Part shown: positions 1 through 12,235 of the stretch, one piece after another
Layout of the letters: each line of letters opens with the position of its first letter
How positions within the stretch are numbered: the stretch's first letter is position 1
Source of the DNA: Mobula hypostoma
Taxonomy: Eukaryota
Direction: 5' to 3'
DNA length: 64,000 nucleotides
NCBI RefSeq assembly: GCF_963921235.1
Contig: NC_086129.1
Span: 5,208,001 to 5,272,000 of the forward strand
Made by a program: the position numbers and the translations under genes
The notes under the pieces: generated by a model
Databases searched by the model: none
What the model was told of the DNA's origin: nothing
What the model saw: the letters and a program-made list of their open reading frames with translations, nothing else

Positions 1-454
1 ACGAATAACCTATGACCACAGCTCATTTCTTCTGCACACTTCCCTCCTCAGTCTCAGAGCCAGACTAAGGGCCAGAGACCCTCCTGTTCTGACTTTTCTC
101 TGCCAGGTCATCCCACCCATCCCAATGGTGTCTACAGTGATATATATGTGTTGTTCAGGGAATGGACACAGGGGTACACTGCACTCACTGTCCCCCCCCC
201 CGCCCTTTCCCCTTCCTGTCATCCAGTTTCCTGTGCTGTGCACCTTGGGTGCAACTACTTCTCTATATGTCCCACCCATCACCCCTTTAGCCTCCCGAAT
301 GACCTGGAGTTCATCCAGTTCCAGCTCCAACTCCATAATGTGGATTGTTTGGAGCTGCAGATGAATGCACTTCTCACAGGTGCAGTTATCCGGGGCACAG
401 GAGGGTCCCCTGCCTTCCCACATCCCGCAAGAGGAGCTTTCCACTATCCTGCCT
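1..454 (-). mobile_element. CR1 LINE ORF1 N-terminal remnant (Cys motif plus leucine zipper)
   Basis: ORF 10..444 SSCGMWE...CEKCIHLQLQTIHIMELELELDEL matches the N-terminus of the CR1 ORF1 at 9840..10685 (CAACMMWE...CGKCVQIQLL). Confidence 0.8.
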
Positions 455-1029
<575 letters not shown>

Positions 1030-1033
1030 ACTC

Positions 1034-1775
1034 TGTCATGTACCCGTGACAGTTTAAAATGAACCAGCAGCAACATACCACACCTGGAGTCTGGTTTTGA
1101 TGTTAAAAACCACTCTCTTTATTAGTATCTATTTAATGTGGTAACTTAAGCAAGAATAATCAGAAGTTAGCTGTGTTATGAGTATACATATGTGCAAATA
1201 AAAATCCCAAACTATTTAGCTCGAGGGGGCACAAGGCTTAGAATCTTAAGATGGTCAGGTATCAAAGTTCAGTTCATCCATGGATTAAATGATGTGAAAG
1301 AGAGATACTTGTACCCCAAGGTGAATATCAAAAGAAGGCACTTATGTCGTATTCCACAAATTCCACGGTAGTAATACAGAACAACTATCGCCATAGGTTT
1401 TATCTGTCATCGTTCCAAATCCAATTACGAATCTTCACCAATAGTAGCTTATCACAGGGGGACCATCTTCAAAGGAAACTACCACCCAGGCAAGGATTAA
1501 CACATAGGTAGATTCCACAAGGTTGCCCCAATCACACAACCTGATAGCCACTTACCGGTGTGCTGGGTCGACAGTCAACCCAGCCTTTTGGGCACTCGTA
1601 AGTTCCAAGCAGTCACTGTCTTCCTTCCATTGTCCGACTCCAACTGCGACTGACTGTGTGTGAGTGTGTTTAAATCAAAACAAGCTGCAGAGTCCAAAAG
1701 TTCCACCCCTCTCTCTCTCTAAGACTCAAACTCAGGCACTCTCTCTTAAAATGACAGTCCACGGGGTTCATCACA
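1034..1775 (-). mobile_element. Solo LTR (742 bp) inserted in the ZF array
   Basis: TGT...ACA ends with imperfect inverted termini (TGTCATGTACCCGTG / CACGGGGTTCATCACA); 4-bp TSD ACTC at 1030-1033 and 1776-1779; AATAAA on minus near 1120; related to the LTRs at 33445 and 37545. Confidence 0.85.
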
Positions 1776-1910
1776 ACTCGCTGAAGTTCAATCAGTCGAG
1801 GTGACCGAGCAAATCCCTTCCCACATTCTGACCAAGTGAAATGGCCTCTCCCCAGTGTGAATTCGGCAGTGCCTCACAAGGTGGGATGAGTCAGTGAATC
1901 CCTTCCCACA

Positions 1911-3275
1911 TTAAGAGCATGTGAATGGCTTCTCCCCAGTGTGAACTCGCTGATGTACCTTCAGATTAGATGACTGAGCGAATCCTTTCCCACATTCAGA
2001 GCAAGTGAATGGCTTCTCCCCAGTGTGAATTCGGCAGTGCCTCACGAGGTTGGATGAGTCAGTGAATCCCTTCCCACATTCGGAGCAGGTGAATGGCTTC
2101 TCCCCGGAGTGAATTCGGCAGTGCTTCACAAGGTGGTATGAGTCAGTGAACCCCTTCCCACATTCAGAGCAGGTGAATGGCTTCTCCCCAGTGTGAATTC
2201 GGCAGTGCTTCAAAAGGGAGTATGATTCAGCAAATCCCTTCCCACATTCGGAGCAGCTGAACGGTTTCTCCCCAGTGTGAACTCCCTGATGTACCTTCAG
2301 ATGCGATGACTGAGTGAATCTCTTCCCGCATTCAGAGCATGTGAACGGCTTCTCTCCAGTGTGAATTCGGCAGTGGCTCACAAGGCTGGATAACTGAGTG
2401 AATCCCTTCCCACATTCAGAACAGCTGAATGGTTTCTCCCCAGTGTGAATTAGTTGATGTACCTTCAAATGAGATGACTGAGTGAATCCTTTCCCACATT
2501 CAGAGCACGTGAATGGGTTCTCCCCAGTGTGAATTCGGCAGTGCTTCACAAGGGAGTATGAATCAGCGAATCTCTTCCCACATTCAGAGCAGCTGAATGG
2601 CCTCTCTACAGCGTGAACTCGCTGGTGCACCTTCACTTGAGATGACGTAGTGAATCCCATCCCACATTCAGAGCAGGTGAATGGCTTCTCCCCAGTGTGA
2701 ATTCGGCAGTGGCTCACGAGGCTGGATAACTGAGTGAATCCCTTCCCACATTCAGAACAGCTGAATGGTTTCTCCCCAGTGTGAATTAGTTGATGCACCT
2801 TCACATGAGCTGACTGAGTGAATCCTTTCCCACATTCTGAACATGTGAATGGCTTCTCCCCGGTGTGAATTCGGCAGTGGTTCACAAGCAGGGTTGAGTC
2901 AGTGAATCCCTTCCCACATTCTGAACACGTGAATGGCTTCTCGCCAGTGTGAACCCGGTAGTGCCTCACAAGAAGGGATGAGTCAGTGAATCCCTTCCCA
3001 CATTCAGAGCATGTGAATGGCTTCTCGCCAGTGTGAATTCGGCAGTGCCTCACAAGGGAGTATGAATCAGCGAATCCCTTCCCACATTCAGAGCATGTGA
3101 ATGGCTTCTCCCCAGTGTGAACTCGCTGATGTACTTTCAGATTATACGACTGAGTGAATCCCTTCCCACATTCAGAGCAAGTGAATGGCTTCTCCCCAGT
3201 GTGGACTCGCTGGTGTCTCTGGAGTGTGGATGAGCGAGTGAATCGCTTCCCACAGTCTGAGCAGGTGAATGGCAT
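1911..3275 (-). CDS. ZNF-A: tandem C2H2 zinc-finger protein, 16 fingers, no effector domain
   Basis: 454-aa ORF of CxxC-x12-HxxxH repeats with TGEKP linkers; ends at a premature GAA>TAA inside finger 17. Confidence 0.9.
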   Translation of the reverse strand: MPFTCSDCGKRFTRSSTLQRHQRVHTGEKPFTCSECGKGFTQSYNLKVHQRVHTGEKPFTCSECGKGFADSYSLVRHCRIHTGEKPFTCSECGKGFTDSSLLVRHYRVHTGEKPFTCSECGKGFTDSTLLVNHCRIHTGEKPFTCSECGKGFTQSAHVKVHQLIHTGEKPFSCSECGKGFTQLSSLVSHCRIHTGEKPFTCSECGMGFTTSSQVKVHQRVHAVERPFSCSECGKRFADSYSLVKHCRIHTGENPFTCSECGKGFTQSSHLKVHQLIHTGEKPFSCSECGKGFTQLSSLVSHCRIHTGEKPFTCSECGKRFTQSSHLKVHQGVHTGEKPFSCSECGKGFAESYSLLKHCRIHTGEKPFTCSECGKGFTDSYHLVKHCRIHSGEKPFTCSECGKGFTDSSNLVRHCRIHTGEKPFTCSECGKGFAQSSNLKVHQRVHTGEKPFTCS

Positions 3276-3972
3276 CTTTATAGTGTGAACTCGCTGGTGT
3301 TCATACAGTTGAGATGATTCAGAGAACCCTTTCCCACAGAGAGCAGGTGAATGGCTGTGGCGTGCAAGTGCCTTCCCACCATCTAAGCAGGTTAGCGTTC
3401 TCTCACTGGTGAATTTTCAGATATATCTTTAGCATTGATGACAGAATGAATTGCTTCCCACAGTCAGAACAGGTGGAGCATCTCACTATGGTGTGAACTT
3501 GCTGATGTATCTTCAGGCTGGATGACTGAGTAGTTCCCCTCCCTCACACAGAGTGGGTGAATGGCCTCTCCCCACTGTGAACTGACGGGCGTGTCTGCAG
3601 GTAGGGTTTGAGAGAATCCTTTCCCACACCGAGTGGAGGAGAATGTTAGCTCACTGTGATCAACTATTTGGCAATACAGAAAGTCAGACATTTGAATCCC
3701 TTGTACAACCAATGCAGTTGAAGAACTGATCTCCAGTGAACAAATGCTGGTGTGTTCTCAGCTCCTGGTTCCAGTGGATTTCACTGAGTTACAACAGAAA
3801 ACTTCATTTCAGAGACAGAATACATTTCCAGCTGGGTTGAAATCTCCAAGGATCGACAACAGATGTGTTGGTCTTGCAAAGAAAATATCTGGTCACTCCT
3901 TATATATCCGGACAGAGAGACAAAAACTGACATGTTGAGATTCCCATGCACAAGTGTTCTGCCATTTCAAAC
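3276..3972 (-). other. 5' part of the ZF exon: degenerate, frameshifted fingers plus splice acceptor
   Basis: Decayed ZF repeats; acceptor ttttacag|GTTTGAAATGG at 3972; homologous acceptors at 19875, 33035, 42008 and 53339. Confidence 0.7.
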
Positions 3973-4029
3973 CTGTAAAATATTTGAAAGGACATCGATG
4001 GGTGAAGAACATTTTTTCAGGTGAGACTT

Positions 4030-5800
4030 TAGTCTGAATGGTGAGAAAATAAGAAATAGGAGCACGAGAACGTCATCTGGCCTGTCTCCAACAACCTGCC
4101 TTTCCCCATCGCCCTTAATTTCCCTACTATGCAAAAATCTATCCAACCTTGTCTCAAATACATCTACTGAGGTGGCCTCCACTGCTTCATTGGGCAGAGA
4201 AATCCAGATTCACCACCCTCAGGGGAAAGCAGTTCCTCCTCATCTCCATCCTAAATGCCGTGAACCTTAAGGTAATGTTCTCTAGTTCTAGTCTCACCCA
4301 CCAGTGGAAACAACTTTCCTGCCTCTATCTTGACTATCACTTTAATAATTTTACATGTTTCTATATGATATTCTCTCAATGTGAGCTCTGGCATCATAAT
4401 ATTACTCAGTTCAACTCAAGCTGAGATATACCGCAAGCTACTGTGGGAAGCGTGGGGGTTAGATTGCTGATTATCAGGCGGTGATCTTTGTATCATCAAT
4501 AGGGACGAGAGAAGTACCCTAGCATTGATCAAGAAAGGGAGTAGAGGTAACCCAGGAAATTATAGACCATTAAGTCTTGCATCAGTGGTGGGCAACTTGT
4601 TGGAGAAGATCTGAAGTGGGAGGACTTGTGAGCATCTGATTAGGGGTAGTCAGCACGGCTTTGTCAAGGGCAGGTCATGCCTTACAAACCTGATTGAATC
4701 CTTTGAGGATGTTACAAAACACAGTGATGAAGGTAGAACATTGTATGTAGTGTACATGGTTTTCATAAGACTTTTGATAAAATTCCCCATACGAGGCTCA
4801 TTGAGAAAGTAATGAGGCCAGGATCCGAGGAGACCTGCTTTGTGGATCCGGAACTGGCTTGCCCACAGAAGGCAAAGGGTGGTTGTAGATGGTTTGTATT
4901 CTGCATGGAGGATGGTGACCAGTGATATTCTGCAGCGATCTGTTCTGGGACACCTCATTTTTATAAATGACCTTGATGGGGAAGTAGAAGGTTGGGTTTG
5001 TAAGTCTGTTGATGACAGAAATGTAGAGGGTGTTGTGGATAGTCTGAATGGTTGTCAGAGTGGAGCGGGACATCGATAAGATGCAGAACTGGGCTGTGAG
5101 GTGACAGATGGAGTTCAACCCAGTGGTTCATTCCCGTAGGTCAAATTTGAAGACAGAATACAATATTAATGTTTGGACTCTTGGCAGCGTGGAAGATCAG
5201 CGAGATCTTGGGGTCTGTGTCAATAAGAAGGCCTTCATCAACCATGGGAGAGTTCAAAAGCCATGAGGTAATATTACAGGTGTATAAGCCCTCAGTTAGA
5301 CCCCACTTTTAGTACTGTATTCAGTTCTGATCACCTCACTACAGGAAGTATTTGGATACTCTAGAAAGGGTGCAAAGGAGATTTGCGAGGATGTTGCTTG
5401 GATTGGACAGCATACCTTACAAGAGTAGGCTGAGTAAACTTTGAAGCGATGGAAGATGAGCGCTGACCTGAGAGAGTTGCATCAGACGATGAGAGGCATT
5501 GATCATGTGGATAGCCAGAGGCTTTTTACTGGGCCTGAGTTGGCTAACATGAGGGGGCATAGTTTTAAGGTGCTTGGAAGCAGGTACAAGGGGGATACCA
5601 GAGATAAGATTCTCAGAGAGCGGCAGGTGCGTGGAATGCACTGCCAGCGATGGTGGTGTGGCGGATACAATAAGGGTCTTTTCAGACACTGTTACATAGG
5701 TACGTGGAGCACTGCAAAATAGAGGGCTATGTGGTAGTGAAACTCTAGGCAAATCCTGGAGTAGGTTATATCGTTGGCACGATGTTGTGAGCCAAAGTGC
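4030..5800. mobile_element. Old CR1 fragments in the ZNF intron (minus-strand 3' end, then plus-strand RT pieces)
   Basis: GNYRP, QHGFVKGRSCLTNL and WIRNWLAHRRQRVVVDG motifs; paralogous blocks at about 19950-24890, 42090-45500 and 53420-57015. Confidence 0.75.
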
Positions 5801-5929
5801 CTGTAATGTATTGTAGATTACTGTTTCTATGTTTATATATAAACTCTCATCTTCTAACAAGGCACGATCAGGCATTCTGACTGACCAACAAATTCTCTGA
5901 CTGTATTCCGTCTGAATGAGATTGGGCTA

Positions 5930-6552
5930 TTTTTAGACAATAAACTGGACTGGTCAAAGAACACTGAGGCTGTCTACAAGAAGGGTCAGAGCCGTCTCTA
6001 GTTCCTGAGGAGACTGAGGTCCTTTAACATCTGTCGAACGATGCTGAGGATGTTCTACGAGTCTGTGGTGGCCAGTGCGATCATGTTTGCTGTTGTGTGC
6101 TGGGGCAGCAGGCTGAGGGTAACAGACACCAACAGAATCAACAAACTCATTCGTAAGGCCAGTGATGTTGTGGGGATGGAACTGGACTCTCTGACGGTGG
6201 TGTCTGAAAAGAGGATGGTGTCTAAGTTGCATGCCATCTTGGACAATGTCTCCCATCCACTACATAATGTACTGGGTGGGCACAGGAGTACATTCAGCCA
6301 GAGACTCATTCCACTGAGATGCAGCACAGAGCGTCATAGGAAGTCATTCCTGCTGTGGCCATCAAACTTTACAACTCCTCCCTTGGAGGGTCAGACACCC
6401 CGAGCCAATAGGCTGGTCCTGGACTCATTTCCTGGCATAAATTACATATTAAAATTTAACTATTTATGGTTTTATTACTATTTATTATTTATGGTGCAAC
6501 TGTAATGAAAACCAATTTCCCCCGGGATCAATAAAGTATGACTATGACTATG
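5930..6552 (+). mobile_element. Rex1/Babar-type LINE 3' fragment
   Basis: LDNKLDWSKNT...FLRRLRSF...FYESVVAS...CWG...HPLH (ORF 6041..6505); AATAAA followed by a (CTATGA)n tail. Confidence 0.75.
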
Positions 6553-6638
6553 ACAATAGACAATAGGTGCAGGAGTAGGCCATTCGGCCCTTCGAGCCAG
6601 CACCACCATTCACTGTGATCATGGCTGATCATCCACAA

Positions 6639-9600
6639 TCAGTATCCAGTTCCTGCCTTCTCCCCATATCCCTTCACTCCGCTATCTTTAAGAGCTCTAT
6701 CCATCTCTTTCTTGAAAGCATCCAGAGACTTGGCCTCCACAGCCTTCTGGGGCAGAGCATTCCATATATCCACCACTCTCTGGGTGAAAAAGTTTTTCCT
6801 CAACTCTGTTCTAAATGGCCTACCCCTTATTCTTAAACTGTGGCCTCTGGTTCTGGACTCACCCATCAGCGGGAACATGCTTCCTGCCTCCAGCATGTCC
6901 ACTCCCTTAATGCTCTTATATATTTCAATAAGATCCCCTCTCACACTTCTAAATGCCCAGTCACTTCAATCTTTCAACATATGACAGTCCCGCTATCCCG
7001 GGAATTAACCTTGTGAATCTATGCTGCACTCCCTCAATAGCAAGAATGTCCTTCCTCAAATTTGGAGACCAAAACTGCACACAGTACTCCAGGTGTGGTC
7101 TCACCAGGGCCCTGTACAGCTGCAGAAGGACCTCTTTGCTCTTATACTCAATTCCCCTTGTTATGAAGGCCAGCATGCCATTAGCTTTCTTCATTGCCTG
7201 CTGTACTTGCATGCTTGCTTTCAGTGACTGATGTACAAGAACACCTAGACCTCTTTGTGCTTCCCCTTTTCCTAACTTGACTCCATTTAGATAATAATCT
7301 GCTTTCCTGTTCTTACCACCAAAGTGGATAACCTCACATTTATCCACATTAAACTGCATCTGCCATGCATCTGCCCACTCACCCAACCTGTCCAAGTCAC
7401 CCTGCATTCTCATAACATCCTCCTTACATTTCACACTGCCACTCAGCTTTGTGTCATCTGCAAATTTGCTAATGTTACTTTTAATTTCCTCATCTAAATC
7501 ATTAATATATATTGTAAACAGCTGCAGTCCCAGCACTGAACCCTGCGGTACCCCACTGGTCACTGTCTGCCATTCCAAAAGGGACCCGTTAATCCCTACT
7601 CTTGTTTTCTGTCAGCCATCCAATTTTCAATCCATGTCAGTACTCTGCCCCCAATACCATGTGCCCTAATTTTGCCCACTAATCTCCAATGTGGGACTTT
7701 ATCAAAGGCTTTCTGAAAGTCCAGGTACACTACATCCACTGGCTCTCCCTTGTCCATTTTCATAGTTACATCCTCAACAAATTCCAGGAGATTAGTCAAG
7801 CACGATTTCCCCTTCGTAAATCTGTGCTGACTCGGACCGATCCTGTTACTGTTATCCAGATGCGTCATAATTTCATCTTTTATAATTGACTCCAGCATCT
7901 TTCCCACCACCGACGTCAGGCTAATCGGTCTATAATTCCCTGTTTTCTCTCTTCCTCCCTTCTTGAAGAGAGGGACAACATTAGCCACCCTCCAATCCAC
8001 AGGAACTGATCCTGAATCTATAGAACATTGGAAAATGATTACCAATGAGTCCACGATTTCTAAAGCCACCTCCTTAAGTACTCTGGGATGCAGACTATCA
8101 GGTCCCGGGGACTTACCAGCCTTCAGACCCAACAGTCTATCCAACACCATTTCCTGCCTAATATAAATTTCCTTCAGTTCATCCATTACCCTAGGTCCTT
8201 TGGCCACTATTACATTTGGGAGATTGTTTGTGTCTTCCCTAGTAAAGACGGATCCAAAGTACCTGTTCAACTCGTCTGCCATTTCCTTGTTCCCCATCAT
8301 AAATTCACCCGCTTCTGTCTTCAAGGGCCCAGTTTTGGTCTTAACTATTTTTTTTTTCCTTTTCACATACCTAAAGAAGCTTTTACTATCCTCCTTTATA
8401 TTCTTGGCTAGTTTACCTTCATACCTCATTTTTTTCTCCGCGTATTGCCTTTTTAGTTACCTTCTGTTTTTAAAAGTTACCCATTCCTCCGTCTTCCCAC
8501 CCGTCTTTGCTATGTTATACTTCTTCTCTTTTATTTTTATACTGTCCATTCCTTCCCTTGTCAGCCACGGCCTCCCCTTAGGATCTTTCTTCCTCTTTGG
8601 AACGAACTGATCCTGCACCTTCTGCATTATTCCCAGAAATACCTGCCATTGTTGTTCCACTGTCATCCCTGCTAGGGTATTGTTCCATTGAACTGTGGCC
8701 AGCTCCTCCCTCATAGCTCCACAGTTCCCTTTGTTCAACTGTAATACTGACACTTCTGATTTTCCCTTCTCCCTCTCAATTTGTAGATTAAAACTTATCA
8801 TATTATGGTCACTACCTCCAAATGGCTCCTTTACCTCGAGGTCCCTGATCAAATCCAGTTTCATTGCACAACATTAAATCTAGAATTGCATTCTCTCTGG
8901 TCGGTTCCAGTACAAGCTGTTCTAAGAATCCATCTCGGAGGGACTCCACAAACTCCCTTTCTTGGGGTCCAGTACCAACCTGATTCCTCCAGTCTACCTG
9001 CATGTTGAAATCCCCCATAACAACTGTAGCATTACCTTTGCAACATGCCAATTTTAACTCTTGATTCAACTTACACCCTACATCCAGACTACTGTTTGGG
9101 GGCCTGTAGATCACTCCCATTAGGATCTTTCTACCCTTAGAATTTCTCAGTTCTATCCATACTGACTCTACGTCTCCTGATTCTATGTCCCCCCTCGCAA
9201 GGGACTGAATATCATTCTTCACCAACAGAGCCACCCCACCCCCTCTGCCCATCAGTCTGTCCTTTCGATAGGACGCATACCCTTGAATATTCATTTCCCA
9301 GGCCCTGTCCACTTGAAGCCATGTCTCTGTTATTTCCACAACATCACACTTACCAATTTCCAACTGAGCCTCAAGCCCATCTACTTTATTTCTTATACTC
9401 CGTGCATTCATATACAATACTTTTAATCCATTACTCCCCTCACCTCCCATATCAATTCCTATTTCACTTGGCCATACTGTACGATCCCTTCTTGAGCTTT
9501 CTGCTCTGTTGATTCTGCTGTCTTGCTTAACTTTTCTTATTCTCACTTTCCCTTTATCTCCATCCTTATATTTCCAGTTCGTCCCCTCCCCCCCCCCCAC
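6639..9600 (-). pseudogene. CR1 ORF2 (AP endonuclease plus reverse transcriptase), frameshifted
   Basis: YMNARS, ETWL, GDFN and SDHN endonuclease motifs; PGPD, NYRPISL, YLDFQKAFD, GVPQGS and FADD RT motifs. Confidence 0.9.
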
Positions 9601-9603
9601 TAC

Positions 9604-10685
9604 TTAGTTTAAACACACCCGTGTTTCAGAGGAAAACCTACCTGCCAGAATGCTGGTGCCCCGCTTATTAAGGTGCAACCCGTCCCTTTTGTACAATTCA
9701 TCCTTACCCCAAAACATACCCCAGTGGTCCAAGAATGTAAATCCTTGCTTCCTGCACCAGTTCCTCAGCCACACATTCAGATCCATTATCTCCTTGTTCC
9801 TGCCCGCTCCAGCACGAGTAACTGGAAGCAAACCGGAGATCACCACCCTGGAAGTCCTGCTTTCAGCCTTCTCCCGAGTTCTCTGAAGTCACGCTGTAGA
9901 ATGTCTTTCCTCTTCTTCCCCACGTCATTTGTGCCGACATGCACCACCACTTCCGGATGTTCACCTTCACTTGTGAGGATTCCCTGCAATCGGTCCGTGA
10001 CATCCTGGATCCTGACACCAGGGAGGCAACACACCATCCTTAAATCTCGCCTGTTGCCACAGAAACCCCTTTCTGTACCTCTCACTATGGAGTCCCCTAC
10101 TACCACGGCTCTGCCTGACGTCTGTCTCCTCGACTTTGCTTCAGCGCCAATTTTCAACTCACAGACCTGACCGCTTCTCAGGCTGGCACTGTCTTCTGTC
10201 CTGACAGCTTCGAAGAGGGTGAACCTGTTTACGAGAGGTACATCCCCCAGGGTCTCCTGTACTTCAAGCATCCTTTCCTTGCTCATCGTCATCCCCCTTC
10301 TCTCTTCTGGTATCCTCAGTGTAACGACCTCACTGTAGGTACTGTCCAGAAAACACTCATTCTCCCGGATGAACCTATGGTCATCCAGTTTCCTCTCCAG
10401 TGCTGTAACACGGTCCTTCAGAAGCTGAATCTGGACACATTTTCCACAGTTGTAGGAGCCACAGGCACTATCAGTGTCCCTGACCTCCCACATCATGCAC
10501 GCAGCACAATGAATCAGTCTAGCGGTCATTTCCTCACCACTTCTCACCCTCTCCAACTGTGGCATAGTCTCCTCTCTCAGCCTCCCCGCCGAAGATTCCT
10601 CAGCTAAAGACTTGCACTTTTCTCGCAAGGCCCTTCCCTCGACAGGCCGCTCCCCTACAGCGAGCCTTGATAATATATTAGCCAA
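9604..10685 (-). pseudogene. CR1 ORF1 (Cys motif, coiled coil, SGNH esterase), one frameshift near 9846
   Basis: GDSIVRG, VHVGTND and DGLHLN esterase blocks in ORFs 9840..10685 and 9604..9846. Confidence 0.85.
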
Positions 10686-11344
10686 TAATTTGAGTGATTA
10701 GCTTCATCTGCCGCGCCTCCTCCGACCTGGAAGGTCCGTTTTGCTCGCTGCTCACGACCGGCTTTTTAAATCAGCCGCTCCTTCTCAGCCAATCCCCGCA
10801 CTTGCTCCTTCACCTGCTGCACCTCCTCCGACCTGGAATTAATCAACCTGTGACCTGGCTCAATTTGTCTCTGTCCTTTGGTATTACTTCAAGTTCTGGT
10901 CGTGTTCCACAACACTACAAAGAGAACTTGTTACTACATGTCCGATCCTGGAGATTTTCGAATTACTGGGATCCCCTCTCCCAAGCTGATTGACAGTGAT
11001 GAACCCATCGATGGCAATGCCAATGACTATGAATGGGAGAGCAGTAGTTATTCTCATTGGAGTGTGGAATTTTTGTGATGTGAAAGCTGCAATCACTTGT
11101 CATCGAGGACAAAGTTGTTTCATGTCGTTATTTACCCAGAGAGAACTAAAGCCTGATGGGCGGATTTCTTTTTGCGATAAATTAACATTTTCACTGACTG
11201 GAAGGTGGACTCTTCATCTGAGAGTAACTGGACACTATATTTTTGTACCGAGTTACTAATCCTCGGATTTACATAGGTCGGCAGTGTTTGAGACATACTC
11301 TCTGGGGACAACGCCAGCAGTGTGACTTATGGCTGCCTCTTTAC

Positions 11345-11700
11345 CCAGAAGCCCCCACGATCTAGAAACATGTCTATCCGCCATTCAAGGAACCGGCAAT
11401 GCGCATGCGCCGCATAAATGGCGGTGCCGCCAGCTCTGATCAGCCGGAAGCTCCCTGTGACTCGGGTAAATTGTGGGGCTGAGAGAAAGGGCAAGGACTG
11501 GGACTGTGCTGGGGTACAGGACCAGTGTGGACGTTGCTCCGAGTAATTTTCCTTTAATCGCGGTTCAGACGCCGGTGATTAAGTTCCCGCCGCCCGCAGC
11601 CCCGATCCTACCTGCTTCCGATCCTTGCGAGCCTCTCGTCTACTGAGCGCATGCGCGATATTCGGGGATTGGCTGCTCGCCGTCCACGCATGCGCATTAG
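11345..11700 (-). promoter_or_regulatory. ZNF-A CpG promoter with non-coding exons 1-2
   Basis: Three GCGCATGCGC-type NRF1 sites, GATTGGCT CCAAT box, CGGAAG ETS site, AAATGGCGG YY1-like site; donor CAG|GTAGG at 11612, acceptor CCCTTTCTCTCAG| at 11478, donor TGG|GTAAAG at 11345. Confidence 0.75.
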
Positions 11701-11709
11701 GTTAAACTG

Positions 11710-12235
11710 GAAAAAATTCTGCAGATGCGGAAATCCAAAGCTACACACCCAAAATGCTGGAGGAACTCAGCGGGGCAAGCAGCAACTCTGGAGAGGAGTG
11801 AACAGTCGGCGTTTCAGACCGAGACCCTTCTTCAGTAATGGAATGGAAGGGAGGGAATAAAGAATGTGGGGGGAGAGGGAGGTGAAAGGTCAGATTCGTC
11901 GGGGGTGAAGTGAAGAGCTGGGAAATTCATTGATGAATGATATAAAGAGCTGGAGAATAATGATGATGATGATAATAATAATAAATACTTCATTGATCCC
12001 GAGTGGGGAGTTCTTTCGTTACAGCAGCAACATTTAAAAACACGATTAGCAGTGTGCAGACTTAACTAAAAATAAAATTGAGAATGATAATATACACATT
12101 AATACTGTACCACTGCGCAAGAATAATGTATGAAATAATAATGCAGAGACTGTTGATCTCCGAAATGTGGTCTCCTATCGCAGAAAGATGAACTGTTGTA
12201 TATACTTACTGCATTGGGTCCCAAAGATTTTCTGT
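11710..12235 (-). mobile_element. Old Penelope-terminus relic followed by a Rex/Babar 3' tail
   Basis: Degenerate CTGAAGA...GAAACGCC motif; (AAT/GAT)n tail matching the Rex copy at 49930; block repeated at about 27420, 49650 and 57017. Confidence 0.6.

Larger units (their letters stand above)
6553..10835 (-). mobile_element. Near-full-length CR1 LINE (5'UTR, ORF1, ORF2, 3' tail)
   Basis: ORF1 and ORF2 pieces are colinear with only a few frameshifts; 3' end GGCCGAATGGCCTACTCCTGCACC plus (CTATTG)-type tail. Confidence 0.92.

Noticed and set aside
10-444. Repeated small Cys/leucine-zipper ORF as a novel host gene paired with each ZNF
   Set aside because: It is homologous to CR1 ORF1 and each copy is broken at a different point
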